A stretch of DNA of 56,715 nucleotides, counting the filler, from Jimgerdemannia flammicorona (Eukaryota), in NCBI GenBank assembly GCA_003990765.1. It is 2 parts of 2 records of this genome, joined end to end, with 100 filler letters (N's around TTAATTAATTAA, not from the genome) between each part and the next. Parts side by side here need not be neighbours in the genome. Positions count along the whole stretch, not along the records: positions 1 to 28,309 come from RBNJ01000570.1; 1 more part is not named here. The stretch is one strand, 5' to 3'. This document shows positions 1-13,170 of this stretch, piece after piece. How positions within the stretch are numbered: the first letter of the stretch is position 1; every line of letters starts with the position of its first letter. A program made the position numbers and the translations under genes. Below the pieces are notes generated by a model. That model ran no database searches. It worked only from the letters and a program-made list of their open reading frames with translations, and was not told the DNA's origin.

Positions 1-156
1 ATAAGTGATGTTGTATATTTTGAACTATGATATATCTCATATATCTCAATATGTCTCAACTATAATACATCTTAAACCCAAACAACTCTTTCATCTTAAT
101 CTTATTTAATAATTTATAAATAATTATACTTCTACTGCTATTTCAAAGATATATAT

Positions 157-1678
157 TATAACGGTGATCCCAGAATGATGACATCAGCACAGGAGACAGC
201 CTTTCCTTGCAAGCCACCAGATTGGAGCACAAGAAGATCATACGGCATATGAGATGAGCAATGATGACCAACTGTGAGTCATTGTGACCACAGTATAAGC
301 ATCCTGAAGAATATAAAAGAAGAATCAAGGAACTACAGTAGCAGCAATCAACAAGAACCACCAATCCCAAAATAGCTCAAAGACTTACCATAAATGAAAT
401 ACCTACTGCCCACCAAACCTCAAGGTCAAGGAACTACCAAGGTATCTCAGTTGAAGAAAGGATATTCCAAGACATCAGAAGAGCCATGAGGACTCACTCA
501 AGAAGGACTCCTAGTATCAACCTAGGTACTGCAGATCTCTATCACTTTATTCTCTACCACCATGAAATGGAAACAAGGATCACCATTGCTACTGAATGCC
601 TCCAAATATGGCAGGAGTATGAAATAGGAAACCTCCTCTGCCAGGAGTTCCCACAGGCCAGTATTCAAGAGCTACAAGATACTACTCCCATAGATATATA
701 TGAAATAAGGACAGCTAAGAAGATCCATCAGATCTTCAGACATGTACCATGGTCAATCCCCAACTTGGAGTATATTAGAGTCTCAAATTTTAGAGATCTG
801 TCATCCTATCACATCAATGTACTAGAAGCCAGGGTGGCTACAGAAGCCCAGTCCACTATCACCCTCAATAGTGATGAAGTAGAAGACTTCTGGTACCCCA
901 TCCTCCAAGACAACCTAGACCAATTCCTACAAGGATTGATCTCAGTATTCCAAGACCCAAGCATCCAGGTTAGATCTCTCCAAGACCCCACATTTGTTCC
1001 CTATTTTGTGAAAGAGAACCTTATAGACTAGAGAGCTCCAGATCTTGTTTCCGATTTTCCTGCTGCCAAACATGATGACATCATCAGCAATGACATCATC
1101 CTGCATGACATCGAAGCATGTGAAATGCATGACATATACAAGATATGTGACCTGCAAAATGACAAATTCGCAGACCTCATCTCCTTCAGTAATGATGATG
1201 ATGATGAAGTCCTCATGATCCTGAATATTCTGCTCTAAGTTCCTTATTACACTGGATAATGCCAGTACTGGTATTCTGAGATGACATGAAATTATTCTAG
1301 TACCAGCATTTTGATGTGACACTAAATAATACCAGCATCCTGAACCTGTACAACCATCAGTACCAACCCTAGAACTTAGTAATTTTAGTTATTGGAATTT
1401 ATATTTAGCTTATATCTTAGCAATCATTGAATTATATTTTGTATAAATACTCCTCTTATTTTCTTTGAAATAAAGTCAGTTCCAGTTTCATTTATACATA
1501 CTTCCTTACAAGCAATCTAAGAGATAACAAGATAGTTAAGATAAGAATTTTGAGGACTATAAGATCTTGGGAAGGTACTCCAATAAGAACTTGCTTATAA
1601 CAAACTTGAGTTAGTCTAAGAGATATATCTTGAAGAGAATCTGGCATATTTGAAGGACTCAGCAACCACTACATGACA
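157..1678 (+). repeat. Family A LTR (5' LTR of copy A1), ~1.52 kb
   Basis: Homologous to 5835-7383, and in reverse to 19629-20845 and 26545-28074. Starts TATAAC (TG>TA), ends TGACA, followed by PBS-like TAGTGCC. Confidence 0.9.
486..1238 (+). pseudogene. LTR-encoded ORF of unknown function
   Basis: 181 aa open (486-1031). The TAG at 1029 is TGG in other LTR copies, extending the frame to TAA at 1236-1238. Homologous frame in all four A LTRs. Confidence 0.6.
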
Positions 1679-1734
1679 ACTTAGTGCCTATTGGCTGGTG
1701 ATTCAAGATGAATCCCTCACTTTCAAGCTGAAAA

Positions 1735-4700
1735 ATGAACAACCCCTATAACAACTACCCTGACTACAAGAGTCACCCCTGTAAGAATTCAAGACAAAAT
1801 GGAAATATGCTCCCCCATATTCTATGGATATACTACTGAAGAGTCAATCCTGACCTTCATTGAAGACTTTGAACAATTTACCACCATATGAGCCCTTAGT
1901 GTGGCCCTACTACCAGTCAGCCTCAGAGGACCTGCCAGAGACAAGTTCAATACAGCCACCATTACCGATGCTGATATAGCCAAACTTGCCAATATGAAGG
2001 TCTTCCTCAGAACAACATATTATACTGAAGAGATCAAGCAAGCTCTCAAGGATCAACTCAATACTATCTGCCAGGGACTTAGTGAAGATCCCAACTCATT
2101 CTATATCCGAATTTACCACCAGATTGTCTTGGCTGGCTATGATAACTATCTTAAGGAACAAATAGCAGATTCAACCTTCCTCAAAGGAGTTCACTCTGAA
2201 ATTGCCCTAGTAATCTGGTCTACTCCAGCTGCACTGACTCTTGATCAGAAAGTGGTCTTTGTATAGAGATATTGGACTGCCAGACACTTTGCCAAACACT
2301 CAATGGAAAAAATAACTGATATCAAGATGGAGCCATCAAAGCCAACTAGTATCATACCTGCCACAGTTGTAAACAGACAACCAACCCCACCTACCCCCAA
2401 GATAGCCAAAGCTGACCCAGTGGAAGAACTCACCAAGCAGTTCACTAAGATGACTGCACACCTTGGTGATATTGTTAGAGAAGTCCAAAGTACCAACAGG
2501 AGATCAGTGCAAAGATTTGCAGCTACTACAGAAGAATACAATATCACATACTTCAGATATAGAGAAGAAGGTCACTATGCAAAGAGTTGTATGACTGAAA
2601 CAAGATACAAAGCCCAACCAAGCAATGCTAGCAGAACCAGAGAACAAACCAATACAGTAGTCATCGAGAAGATTGGTAACACTGATGATGAAGAATACTA
2701 TGAGGAGCTTGAATTCTACCCTGCTACTGAAGATACCAGAACCTGGTCCAAGCCCTATGACAAGAAGAGCAACAGTAAGCCAGTTGGAAGACCAAAGAAG
2801 ACTCTAGCTATCACTATTTAAAGCAAGACTCAACCAGAGGAGATTGATCAAGATATGGAGTTAGATGAAGCTGCCCGCTAAATTATTGAAGGCACTACTC
2901 CAGTCTCAGAAGAAAGTGAAAGCAAGAAGGAACAGAAGCTGCACAAGACCAAGATCTACCAGTATGATATCTATAAGGACCTCAAGGAACAGAAGGTCAA
3001 TGCTACTTTTGGACAACTAGCTGAAGTCCCTGCCTTCAGATAGCAGTTGAGAGTAGGACTTACAACTACTGCTAAGAATCAAGAGTACAAGATTGTAGAA
3101 GCTCACAATGCACAAGAAGAATCTGAGAACTCAGGTAAAGAATCTGAAGACCAGCACAAGACATCAGCCTATACTTCCTGCCAGATTGAAGACTGTATCT
3201 TTGATGCTATCATTGATACCAGTGCTGAAGGATGCCTCATGAGTAAGAAGGCAATTGACCACTTAGGCTGGAACATTGAAGAGTCCACCAGGATGATCTA
3301 TGTCACAGCAGATAGTACATGAGCTACCCCCCTTGGCAAAATCTGAGAAGTCCCCATCAAGATAGGAGGAGCTACCATTCCAGTAGATGTAATTGTCATA
3401 AGTGCCACTAACTATGATATTCTCATTAGCAACCAATGGCTTCACAAGGCCAAGGCCATCATTGATCTCAATGCCCAGAAGATGCAGATCAACTATAGAG
3501 GAAGAAAGGTACAAGTCTCTATCAATGTCCACAAAGGAGTTCTACCAGATATGGAGGAAGGAGATGAAGAAGACACAGAGGTCTTCATGCACTTAGTGAA
3601 TAAGAACAAGAACAAGACACCCAAGCTCACAGATGAGCAGTGGTACAACAAGATTATCGATGGGTATGCCCCTCAAGAAAGATGTCCCCATGGTACTAGG
3701 ATGTACTGCTCAGAACACCTGAATGACTGCTGGTCCTGTATCAGTGAAGTCAGGAAAATCCACCAGCAGAAACACAAGCAAGAAGCTGCCAAAGCAAAAA
3801 GGAAAGCCAAAGAAGATGACCAGCCCCCAGAGCTCTAAGCTGACAGCAATAATGAGGAGGAACAAGAATCAAACATCACCCTTAAGGTCAAGAAGTTTCA
3901 CCCAGAAGCCAAGATCCCAGAATATAAGACTGAAGGAGCCATAGGAATGGACCTTGCCAGCATTCAAGATGCTACCCTCAAACCACAGACCACTACCCTA
4001 CTTGGCACTGAAATTGGAGTCAAGTTATCAGAGAACTATGCTAGAATCATCAAGACCAGGAGCAGTCTGGCCAAAAGTGAAATCTCAGTTAAAGGAGGAG
4101 TAATTGACTCTGATTACACTGGTGAGATCTTCCTCATAGTCAGAAATCACAACCACACCACCCCCTTCAAAGTCAAGAAGCATGACAGGATTGGCCAGAT
4201 GCTGATCCACGAAATCAAGAAACCCAAGATCATTGAAGCCATCGAACTCATCAAGATCAAGAGAGGAGAACAAGGCTTTGGATCTACTGGAAGAGAAGCC
4301 TACACTGCCACCAAGATTATCGAACTTGAATACAAGAAAGATAAGGACCAGAACAAGCACACATATATCATTAGAGAAAACTTTCCCCTGAAGGAACAAC
4401 TTCTCAAGATCCTGCATCAGAATGAAGGAGTACTTGCTACAGACTTTAGAGATATCCACAATCAAGAACCCAAGTACTACTACAAAGTTGATACTGGTGC
4501 TACCAAGCCCATCTACCAGAAAGCCAGACCCATACCACCTGTCTACAGAGAGTGGCTGTGAGCAGAACTCAAGGAAATGGAAGAAGCTGGAATCATCAAA
4601 CAAGCCTGGAGAGTTTGCACCAAGACTCTGCATTGACTACAGCTCAATGCCATCACCAAGAAGGATAGGCAGCCCTTGCCAAATATTTAAGAAATCCTTA

Positions 4701-5521
4701 CCACCCTTGGAAGCAAAGCCAAATACTACACTACCTTGGATCTGTTCTCAGGCTTCCATCAGATCAGTCTCACTCAAGATACCAGTGAGAAATCAGCCTT
4801 TATTACACCTGATGCCACCTATATCTATCTGCGAATGCTATTTGGAATGTGCAATGCCCCAGCAAGTTTCCAGTGAATGATGAACAGAGTCTTTAGTAAC
4901 GAGATTGGAAAATGGCTCTTTGTCTATATTGATGATGTGATCATCTTCAGCAATACTGCACGGGAATATGTCAATTACATACAGCTGGCCCTCAAGAAGC
5001 TCAAGAAACATAGCCTCTACATCAAGCCCAAGAAATGCAAGTTTGCAGCCCAGGAAATCGCCTACCTAGGACACCTCATCAACCAGACCAGAATCCACAC
5101 AGACCCCATGAAGATCAAGGCTGTTGCAGCCTACCCGAGACCCAGAACAACCACAGAAGTCCATGCCTTCCTTGGACTGGCCAGCTACTACAGAAGGTTC
5201 ATCAAAGGATACTCCAATATTACAATACCTATCTATGAGCTACTGAAGAAGGAGACCAAATTCGAATGGACCAAGGAGCACCAAGAAATCTTCAATGAAC
5301 TCAAGACTAGGTTGACCCAAGCATTTATTCTCAGAAGACCAGATTGGAACCTAGAATTCATCCTGCAAGATATCAAGGGAATCACCTTCTGGCTTAGAAA
5401 AATCTCAGGGACTATACTGTCTACCATGGTACATAGGAACAGACTCAAGAAGTATCACAAACCTATACAAGAGAAGCAAAACATGATGACTGCCTATAAG
5501 GTTCTAGTCTGTGAATCATAA
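1735..5521 (+). pseudogene. gag-pol polyprotein remnant of A1
   Basis: ORF fragments starting 1901, 2303, 3047, 3482, 3947 and 4877 share one frame; gag, PR, dUTPase and RT motifs. Confidence 0.88.
3880..4295 (+). pseudogene. dUTPase domain within A1 pol (between PR and RT)
   Basis: GMDL, RSSLA, GVIDSDYTGEI, DRIGQM and RGEQGFGSTG match trimeric dUTPase motifs. Confidence 0.93.
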
Positions 5522-5834
5522 CAGCATGTCCCATGACCAGCAGGCTATCTGTCTGGACCATTCTCTAAGGGATACGGCACAGGCAACTACTTATCCATAA
5601 GACTTTCAAAGTCAGAGAAGTTCGAACCATCAACTGATTGGTCAAGATCAGAATCAGGCCCTTGCTCTATATGAAGGGAGTGATCCTTCACCATCACACT
5701 AAAATACAAAGAGAAGACACCAGCCCATAAATACCACTTTTCGACCCCTTGCCAGAGGTTATGGGATTAGCAAATTTTTCAGGACTGGACTAATGAATAA
5801 GAATGCTCAGAAAGATCCTTTTTCAGGAGGAAGA

Positions 5835-7383
5835 TGTAACAGTGACCCAGAATGATGATATCAGCACAGGAGACAGCCTTTCCTTGCAAGCCACCAGATT
5901 GGAGCACAAGAAGATCATATGGTATATAAGATGAGCAATGATGACCAATTATGAGTTATTGTGACCACAGTATAAGCATCCTGAAGAATATAAAAGAAGG
6001 ATCAAGAAACTGCAGTAGCAGCAACCAACAAGAACCACCAATCCCAAAATAGCTCAAAGACTTACCACAAATGAAATGCCTGCTGCCTGCCAAACCTCAA
6101 GGTCAAGGAATCACCAAGGCATCTCAGTCAAGGAAAGGGTATTCTAAGACATCAGAAGAGCCATGAGGACCCACTCAAGAAGGACTCTTAGTATCAACCT
6201 AGGTACTGCAGATCTCTATTACTTTATCCTCTACTACCATGAAATGGAAACAAGGATCACTATTGCTACTAAATGTCTCCAAATGTGGCAGAAGTATGAA
6301 ATAAGCAACCTCCTCTGTCAGGAGTTCCCACAGGCCAGCCCTCAAGAGCTATAAGATACCACTCTCATGGATATATACAAGGCAAGAACAGCTAAGAAGA
6401 TCTATTAGATCTTCAGGCATGCACTATGGTCAATCTCCAACTTGGAGTATGTTAGAGTCTCAGATTTCAGAGACCTATCATTCTGCCATATCAATGCACT
6501 AGAAGCCAGGGTGGCTACAGAAGCCCAGTCCTCTATTACCCTCAATAGTGATAAAGTAGAAGACTTCTAGCATCCCATCCTTCAGAACAACCCAGACCAA
6601 TTCCTGCAAGGATTGATCTCAGTATTCCAAGGCCCAAGTATCCAGGTTAGACCTCTCTAAGACCCCACATTTATTCCTTATTTTGTGGAAGAGAATCTCA
6701 TAGATTGGAGAGCCCCCAATTTTCCTGCCAAACATGATGATGTCATCAGCAATGATATCATCCTGCGTGATATTGAAGTATGCGAAAATGACAAATTTGC
6801 AGATCTCATCTCCTTCAGTGATAATGATGATGATGAAGCTCCCATGATCCTGAACATTCTGCTCTAAGTTCTTTGTTATACTGGATAATACCAGCACTGG
6901 CATTCTGAGGTAATACAAAATTGTTCCAGCACTGGTATTTTGATATATGTAATACTAAATAATACCAGTACTGGTATTTTGATGTAATACTAAATAATAC
7001 CAGTACCAGCATTCTGATATGAAACTGAATTATACCAGTATCCTGAATCTGTACAATTATCAGTACTGACCCTAGAACTTAATAGTTTTAGTTATTGGAA
7101 TTTATATTTAGCTTTATATTTTAGCAACCATTGAATTATATTTTGTATAAATACCCCTCTTATTTCCTTTAAAATAAAGTCAGTTCTGGTTTCACTTATA
7201 TATACTTCCTTGCAAGCAATCTAAGAGATAACAAGATAGTTAAAGATAAGAAGTTTGAGGACTATAAGACCTTGGGAAGGTACTCCAATAAGAACTTGCT
7301 TATAACAAACTTGAGTTAGTCTAAGAGATACATCTTGACAAGAATCTGGCATATTTGAAGGACTCAGCGACCACTATGTGATA
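5835..7383 (+). repeat. Family A LTR shared by A1 (3') and A2 (5')
   Basis: TGTAAC start directly after the PPT; followed by PBS-like TGGTGCCC and a second gag. Confidence 0.9.
6885..7045 (+). repeat. ~35-bp tandem repeat array inside the family A LTR
   Basis: Repeated ATACCAG(C/T)ACTGG(C/T)ATT(C/T)TGA...TAATACTAAATA units; unit number differs between LTR copies. Confidence 0.75.
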
Positions 7384-7386
7384 ACT

Positions 7387-7394
7387 TGGTGCCC
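7387..7394 (+). promoter_or_regulatory. Primer-binding site of family A
   Basis: TGGTGCCC 3 nt after the LTR end; primer tRNA not assigned. Confidence 0.65.
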
Positions 7395-8511
7395 ATTGGC
7401 TGGTGATTCAAGATGAATCCCATACTTTCAAGCTGAAAAACAAACAACCCCCACAATAACTACTCTGACTATAAGAGTCACCCCTGCAAGAATTCAAGAC
7501 AAGATGGAAATGCATCTCTCCACATTCTATGGATATACTACTGAAGAGTCAATTCTGACCTTCATTGAAGACTTTGAACAATTTGCCACCATACAAGCCC
7601 TTGGTGTGGATGTACAATTAGTCCTTCTACCAGTCAGCCTCAGAGGACCTGCCAGAGATAAGTTTAATGCAGCCACCAGTACAGCCAAACTTGCCAACAT
7701 GAAGGCCTTTCTCAGAATAATATATTATACTGAAGAGATCAAGCAAGCTCTCAAGGATCAACTCAATACTATTTGTCAGGGACTTAGTGAAGATCCCAAT
7801 TTATTCTATACCTGAATCTGCCACCAGATTGTCTTGGCTGGCTATGATGATGCCCTCAAGGAACAAATAGTAGATTCAACCTTCCTCAAAGGAGTTCACT
7901 CTGAAATTGCCCTAGCAATCTGGTCTACTCCAGCTGTACTGACCCTTGATCAGAAAGTGGTCTTTGTACAGAGATATTAGACTGTCAGACACCCTGCTGA
8001 ATACTCAATAGAGAAAATAACTAGCATTAAGATGGAGTCATTAAAGCCAACTAGTATCATACTTGCCACAGTTGTAAACAGACAACTAACTCCACCTACC
8101 CCCAAGATAGCCAAAGCTGACCCAGTGGAGGAACTTGCCAAGCAGTTTGCCAAGATGACTACACACCTTGGTGATGTTGTTAGAGAAGTCTGAAGCACCA
8201 ACAGGAGACCAGTACAGAGATTTGTAGCTACTACAGAAGAATGTAATATTACATACTTCAGATGTAGAGAAGAAGGCCACTATGCAAAGAGTTGTATGAC
8301 CAAAACAAGATGCAAAGCCCAACCAAGCAATGCTAGCAGAACTAGAGAATAAACTAATATAGTAGTCATCAAGGAGATTGGCAATACTGATGATAAAGAA
8401 TATTATGAGGAGCTTGAATTCTACCCTGCTACTAAAGATACCAGAACTCAGTCCAAGCCCTATAATAAGAAGAGCAACAGCAAGCCAGTTGAAAGACCAA
8501 AGAAGACTCCA

Positions 8512-8915
8512 TATAATGATTCTAGTTTCTAAATAAGGAAGTAACTAGTTCTGGTAGTTCTAAGTAGCTTGAAGAGATACTTAAGGACTCAAGTATTCTC
8601 AAAGGATTTCTGGAAGAAAATATTCTAAGACTTTATTCATGAGAACAATGGGGATATTTATACAAGATCTGAAAGAAGGATCTGGAAAGATCTGAGAAAT
8701 CAAAGGAAAATGCCAAGAGGAAAGTTCTTGGCAAAGATGACAAATGATGACAAATAAAGTTCTACAAGTTTCCAGGACATTCAGTGACTAACTAAATAAG
8801 TACTAGAGGATGCTCAGCATCAAGAAAGGATTTCTAAGTATTTGGAAAGTACTAGAAGGTTGTAGAATATTGAAGAAAGACAAAGAAAAGAAATAAACTA
8901 TGCTAAAATGTTACA
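8512..8915 (-). repeat. 3' LTR of B1
   Basis: Direct repeat of 15371-15774; adjacent to the polypurine tract. Confidence 0.93.
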
Positions 8916-9249
8916 TCTCCCTCTCCTTAAAAATCAACATCCTCATTGAATTCTCAAAGTTATACATAATAAACAATAAGACTAAAAGAAACTTCAAATT
9001 AGATATACTGACTCATTGGTAAGGATTGGCCATCCTTGTATAAGACAAGGGCCAAAGTATCATCTTGATCAGATGAGAACTGGTTCAAACCTTATTGGTT
9101 GCAGGATTTATAGAGTTCTCTTATATCTCTTGTTTCTGATGCTGTATCCCTTAGAGAGCCCTGATGTGTAATGTGTCTGATCAGCACAGTAGGTTGTCTA
9201 CTATCCAAGGGGAGAACCTCACGGGCAGTCAATGAGTTCCTTTTTGCTC

Positions 9250-9395
9250 AAACTCTTGAATGAGGTCTTGGGAGTTCTTGAGATTGGCAGCAGGTTCCCA
9301 GATAGTGTCATATTCAGGATAGCCCATCCACTTGGCTAGGTATTCTGTGTGACAGTATCAGACTTGCTTGTCTAAGATTTTCTCAACTTCATACT
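9250..9395 (-). pseudogene. Chromodomain at the C-terminus of B1 integrase
   Basis: EYEVEKILDKQV*YCHTEYLAKWMGYPEYDTIWEPAANL. Confidence 0.88.
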
Positions 9396-11945
9396 CAATG
9401 TGGTCTTCAACTATGACTGGTGCTAATGGTGTTGGAATTTGACCAGGGTATGGAAGTGACTGGTTCCAGGCCTTGAGTTGTGACACATGGAATACTGGGT
9501 GTATATGCATAGTTGTTGGTAAGTTGAAACAGTAAGACCAGGTGGAGACTTGCTCAGTGATCTCAAAGGGTCCAAGGTACTTGGGCTGGAATTTGGCTGA
9601 CTGGCAGTTGACTTGGAATTGAGCCTTGATATTGTCGGCTTTGAGTAAAACCATATCATCAATATTATATATGACATCTTGCCACTTTTATCTGTATACT
9701 TAGCTTGATATTGCTGAGTCTTTTGCAGGTTTGTAGTGGCAATCTTGAGAAGGGAATCTATTTTGTCAATATGGTTCTGGGCTGTGGGGACTTGTGTGTG
9801 ACTGGATTGCTGGAATTGGACTAGACTTGCAGAAATCTCAGAGTTTTGACCATGAAGTAGCTGAAATGGAGAAAGACCAGTTGATGATTGGTTAGCATTG
9901 TTGTAGGCAAACTCAGCATAGATCAGATAGTGGTCCCAATTATCTTGCTCATAAGATACATAGTTTCTGAGCATTTGTTCAAGTGTTCTGTTCATTCACT
10001 TGGTCTGTCCATTAGTTTGAGGATGGAAGGCAGTGGACATAGCAATTTGGGTTCCAAGGGTCTTGAAGAGTACTTACCAGAAGTGACTTGTGAACTTGGG
10101 GTTGCAGTCATTAATAATTACTTGGGGAAGTCCATAATAGCAGAAGACAGTCTTGAAGAAGATTCTTGCAATTTCTGGGGCAGTAGCATTGGTTGTGGTT
10201 AGCTTGGTGATTGTAATCTTAGTGAGATGGTCCACAAACACAACAATAGTATCATAGCCTGTTTTGGTTTGTGGGAGTTGCACAATAAAGTCCATTGTGA
10301 CTTGTTCAAACTTCTTGGTTGGAATTGACAAGGGTTGTAGAAGACTGGCAGGTGCTTGGTTGCTTGACTTGTTTCTTTAGCAAAGATTACAGCTTTGGAC
10401 ATACTCCTTGATTTCCTTGAGCATATTTGGCCAGTAGTAGTCTCGTTGGATATTCTTGATAGTCTTCTCAGTTTCAAGGTGCCCAGCTAGTGGGGAGTCA
10501 TGATGTTTATGAAGAATCTTGTATTGTAGTTCAGGGTTGGCATAAATATATACTTTGTCTTGATAGTACACAAGGTTGTCCTTGATGGTGTACTTTTCCT
10601 TAAATTCCTTGATATTCCTTTGTAGAACCAGAGAGTCTTGTTTGTATGCCTTCTTGATCTGATTGAGGAATTCAGGTACCACAGTGACTTGTAAAATCAT
10701 AGCAAGGTCAGGTTTTCTTGAGAGTGTATCTGGTACAACTAGAGTTTTGCCCGGCTTGTAGATGATGTTTGGGGTAAAGGTCTGAAGTAGTTGACTCCAC
10801 TTGACTTGTTGGTGAGAAAGAGTTGGTTGAGTGTTGATATACTGAAGGGACCTGTGATCAGTGATCACATCAAACTCAACTTCTTCTAGATAGTATCACT
10901 AGGTCTTGAGGGAATGCATGATTGCCAGGAGTTCCCTTTCATGAGTAGCCAGCTTTTGTTCTGCTGGGGACAATTTTCTTGATTCAAAGGCAATAGGTCA
11001 GTGTTCTTGACCATCATCTTGAGAAATGACTGCACCAATGGCAAAGTTAAATGTATCTATAGTAACTATGAACTTCAAGTTTGGGTCTATATTTCTAAGG
11101 ACAGATGCATGGGTCAGATGGTTCTTGAGTTCTTGAAAAGCTTGTTGACAGAAAGCATCCTAGATGTAGGGGACATAGAGATCAGAGTTGGGTTCCTTTC
11201 ACAGGAGATTTGTCAAAGATTCTGTGATGCCAGAGAAGTTCTTGACAAATCAATGGTAGTATCTAGCCAGACCAAGGAAGGACCTGAGTTCAGTGAGGTT
11301 TGCTGGTACAGGCCACTGTTCAATAGCTTGTATTTTTCTTGGGTCTACTTGAATTCCTTTGGCTGATACAATGTGTTCAAGGTATTTGACTTGATTCTTG
11401 AAAAATTTACATTTCTTGAGCTTTGCATAGAGCTTGTTCTCATGGAGGATCTTGAAGACTTGTTCGATGTGCTTGAGATGTTCTTCTTCAGTGCTACTGA
11501 AGATCAGAATGTCATCAATATATACAAGTACAAAGATATAGAGCTGATCCTTGAAGATAGTTTGCATGAGATCTTGAAAGGTTGCTGGTGCATTAGTGAG
11601 ACCAAAGGCCATGACTAGGAATTTGTAGAGTCCAAAGAGTATCATGAAGATAGTCTTGGGTATGTCTTCTGGCTTGATTCGAATTTGGTGATACCCAGAG
11701 ATGAGATCAATCTTGGTGAAGTACTTTGCATTCTTGAGAGCATCAAAGATTTGATCTATAAGTAGTAGCGGATAATGGTTTTTGACTGTGATCTTGTTGA
11801 GTGCTCGGTAGTCTATGCACATTCACAGAGTATCATTCTTTTTCTTGACAAATAGGACTGGAGAGCCAAAGGGTGACTTGCTTGATTGGATGGCTCCTCA
11901 CTCAATAAGTTCATTGAGTTTCTTCTTGACTGCTTCAATTTCGAG

Positions 11946-13120
11946 CAGCTCCTTTCTCCACTACCTTACCGGTCACAAGGTTTGGTAGACAATCTTCTGA
12001 GTCCCCTTTCCCCTAATATTACCCCCTCTACCTTAGGTTGGTTTGCTGTGCCTGCAGAGGCATGGTGGGAGGAGGGCAATAGTGATGGGTTGCCTCTTTA
12101 TCGGTGTCAGATTGGTGCTTCCTCTACTTTTTTGCAGTTTCTGGTACCTTCAGCTACATCTGTGGTATACCCGTTTTGGTGCGGCACCTTCTTCCTTTTG
12201 CTGTTGCCAACAAGAAGTTGTCTCAGTGTGTCTCAGGCTACATAGGGAGTCGGCTGACCTTGGGTATCAAGTGCTCAGTATAGGCTATCTGCAGGTCCTT
12301 GGTGCCTGTGGTGGGGCCCTCTGGCTTTGGCGAGCTTCCCGGTGAGCACGGTTCTGGCATAGGTGACTGCTTTTCAGGTGTTGTCAAGTTGGGAGGGGAG
12401 ATGACCATCACAGATAGGAGGAAGGGCGATAACAGTGAACCAGTAGAGTACTAGGCTGGGGGTGGTCATTGGGGCTGAGGCAGGTACTGCTTCGGTAGGG
12501 CCTTTTGATTGGTGCAGTACAGTTAGATGATAGGTGTCACTCTCGGCTTCTTTTGGCAATTCATGGGGTTGGGCTTCAGTCATCTGAGGGGGTCAGGGGG
12601 TCCAAGGCTACCCATTTCAGGTATCTTGGCTGTACTCAACTGGAACTGGGAGCTGACATGGAAACATGATCAAGGCCCACAGGCTTGAGTAGTGGGGTAT
12701 TGGGGGTCTCCTCCTGCCTCACATATAAGTCCTCTACTCACCTCAACTGGGAGAATCAGGCCCTACCCACTGTGTTGTACTTTAATGAGGGTTTTTTCTT
12801 TGCCTATCATTCTCTTTGGGGTGACAGGGGCTATTCTATTTGGCTTGGGCATGGCCTTGTACATATGTTGGGTTCTTGGATGTGCACTTTCAGTCATTGG
12901 CATATGGCTGGGTTTCCCCTGGTGGTAGGGAGAGCATGGTGCACAGAATGAGGTATGGGCCAACATAGGCCCTGCTGCACCTGGTATGGTCGAGCTGCTG
13001 GATAATAGCTAGCCTAGGTTAATAGGGGGGCAGTGCTTGATAGGTGGTGGGGGAGGGTTTTGGCCTATATAGTCTAGGTTCCCTTCCAATAAAAATCTGC
13101 AAGACATAGAGTCTGTAAAA

Positions 13121-13167
<47 letters not shown>
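11946..13167 (+). mobile_element. Non-LTR retroposed insertion (5'-truncated LINE, SINE or retrocopy) inside B1 pol
   Basis: 14-bp TSD GCTTCAATTTYGAG (11932-11945 and 13168-13181); AATAAA at 13088; 46-nt poly(A) at 13122-13167. Confidence 0.88.

Positions 13168-13170
<3 letters not shown>

Larger units (their letters stand above)
157..7383 (+). mobile_element. Ty3/Gypsy LTR retrotransposon A1 (gag-PR-dUTPase-RT; RNase H and integrase core deleted), inactive
   Basis: Two LTRs; PPT TCAGGAGGAAGA at 5823-5834; decayed zinc knuckle, AIIDT protease, dUTPase, YIDD RT; many stop codons. Confidence 0.92.

Noticed and set aside
152..156. TATAT/ATATA flanks as a TSD for the whole 157-28074 block
   Set aside because: Low-complexity, not an exact direct repeat, and the outer LTRs are inverted.
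5522..5860. pol frame reading through the PPT into the LTR ORF
   Set aside because: TAA after pol is shared by A1 and A3, and the apparent continuity across the LTR start depends on a 1-bp deletion private to one LTR copy.
6885..7045. CRISPR-like array
   Set aside because: Degenerate tandem units without unique spacers, inside a eukaryotic LTR.
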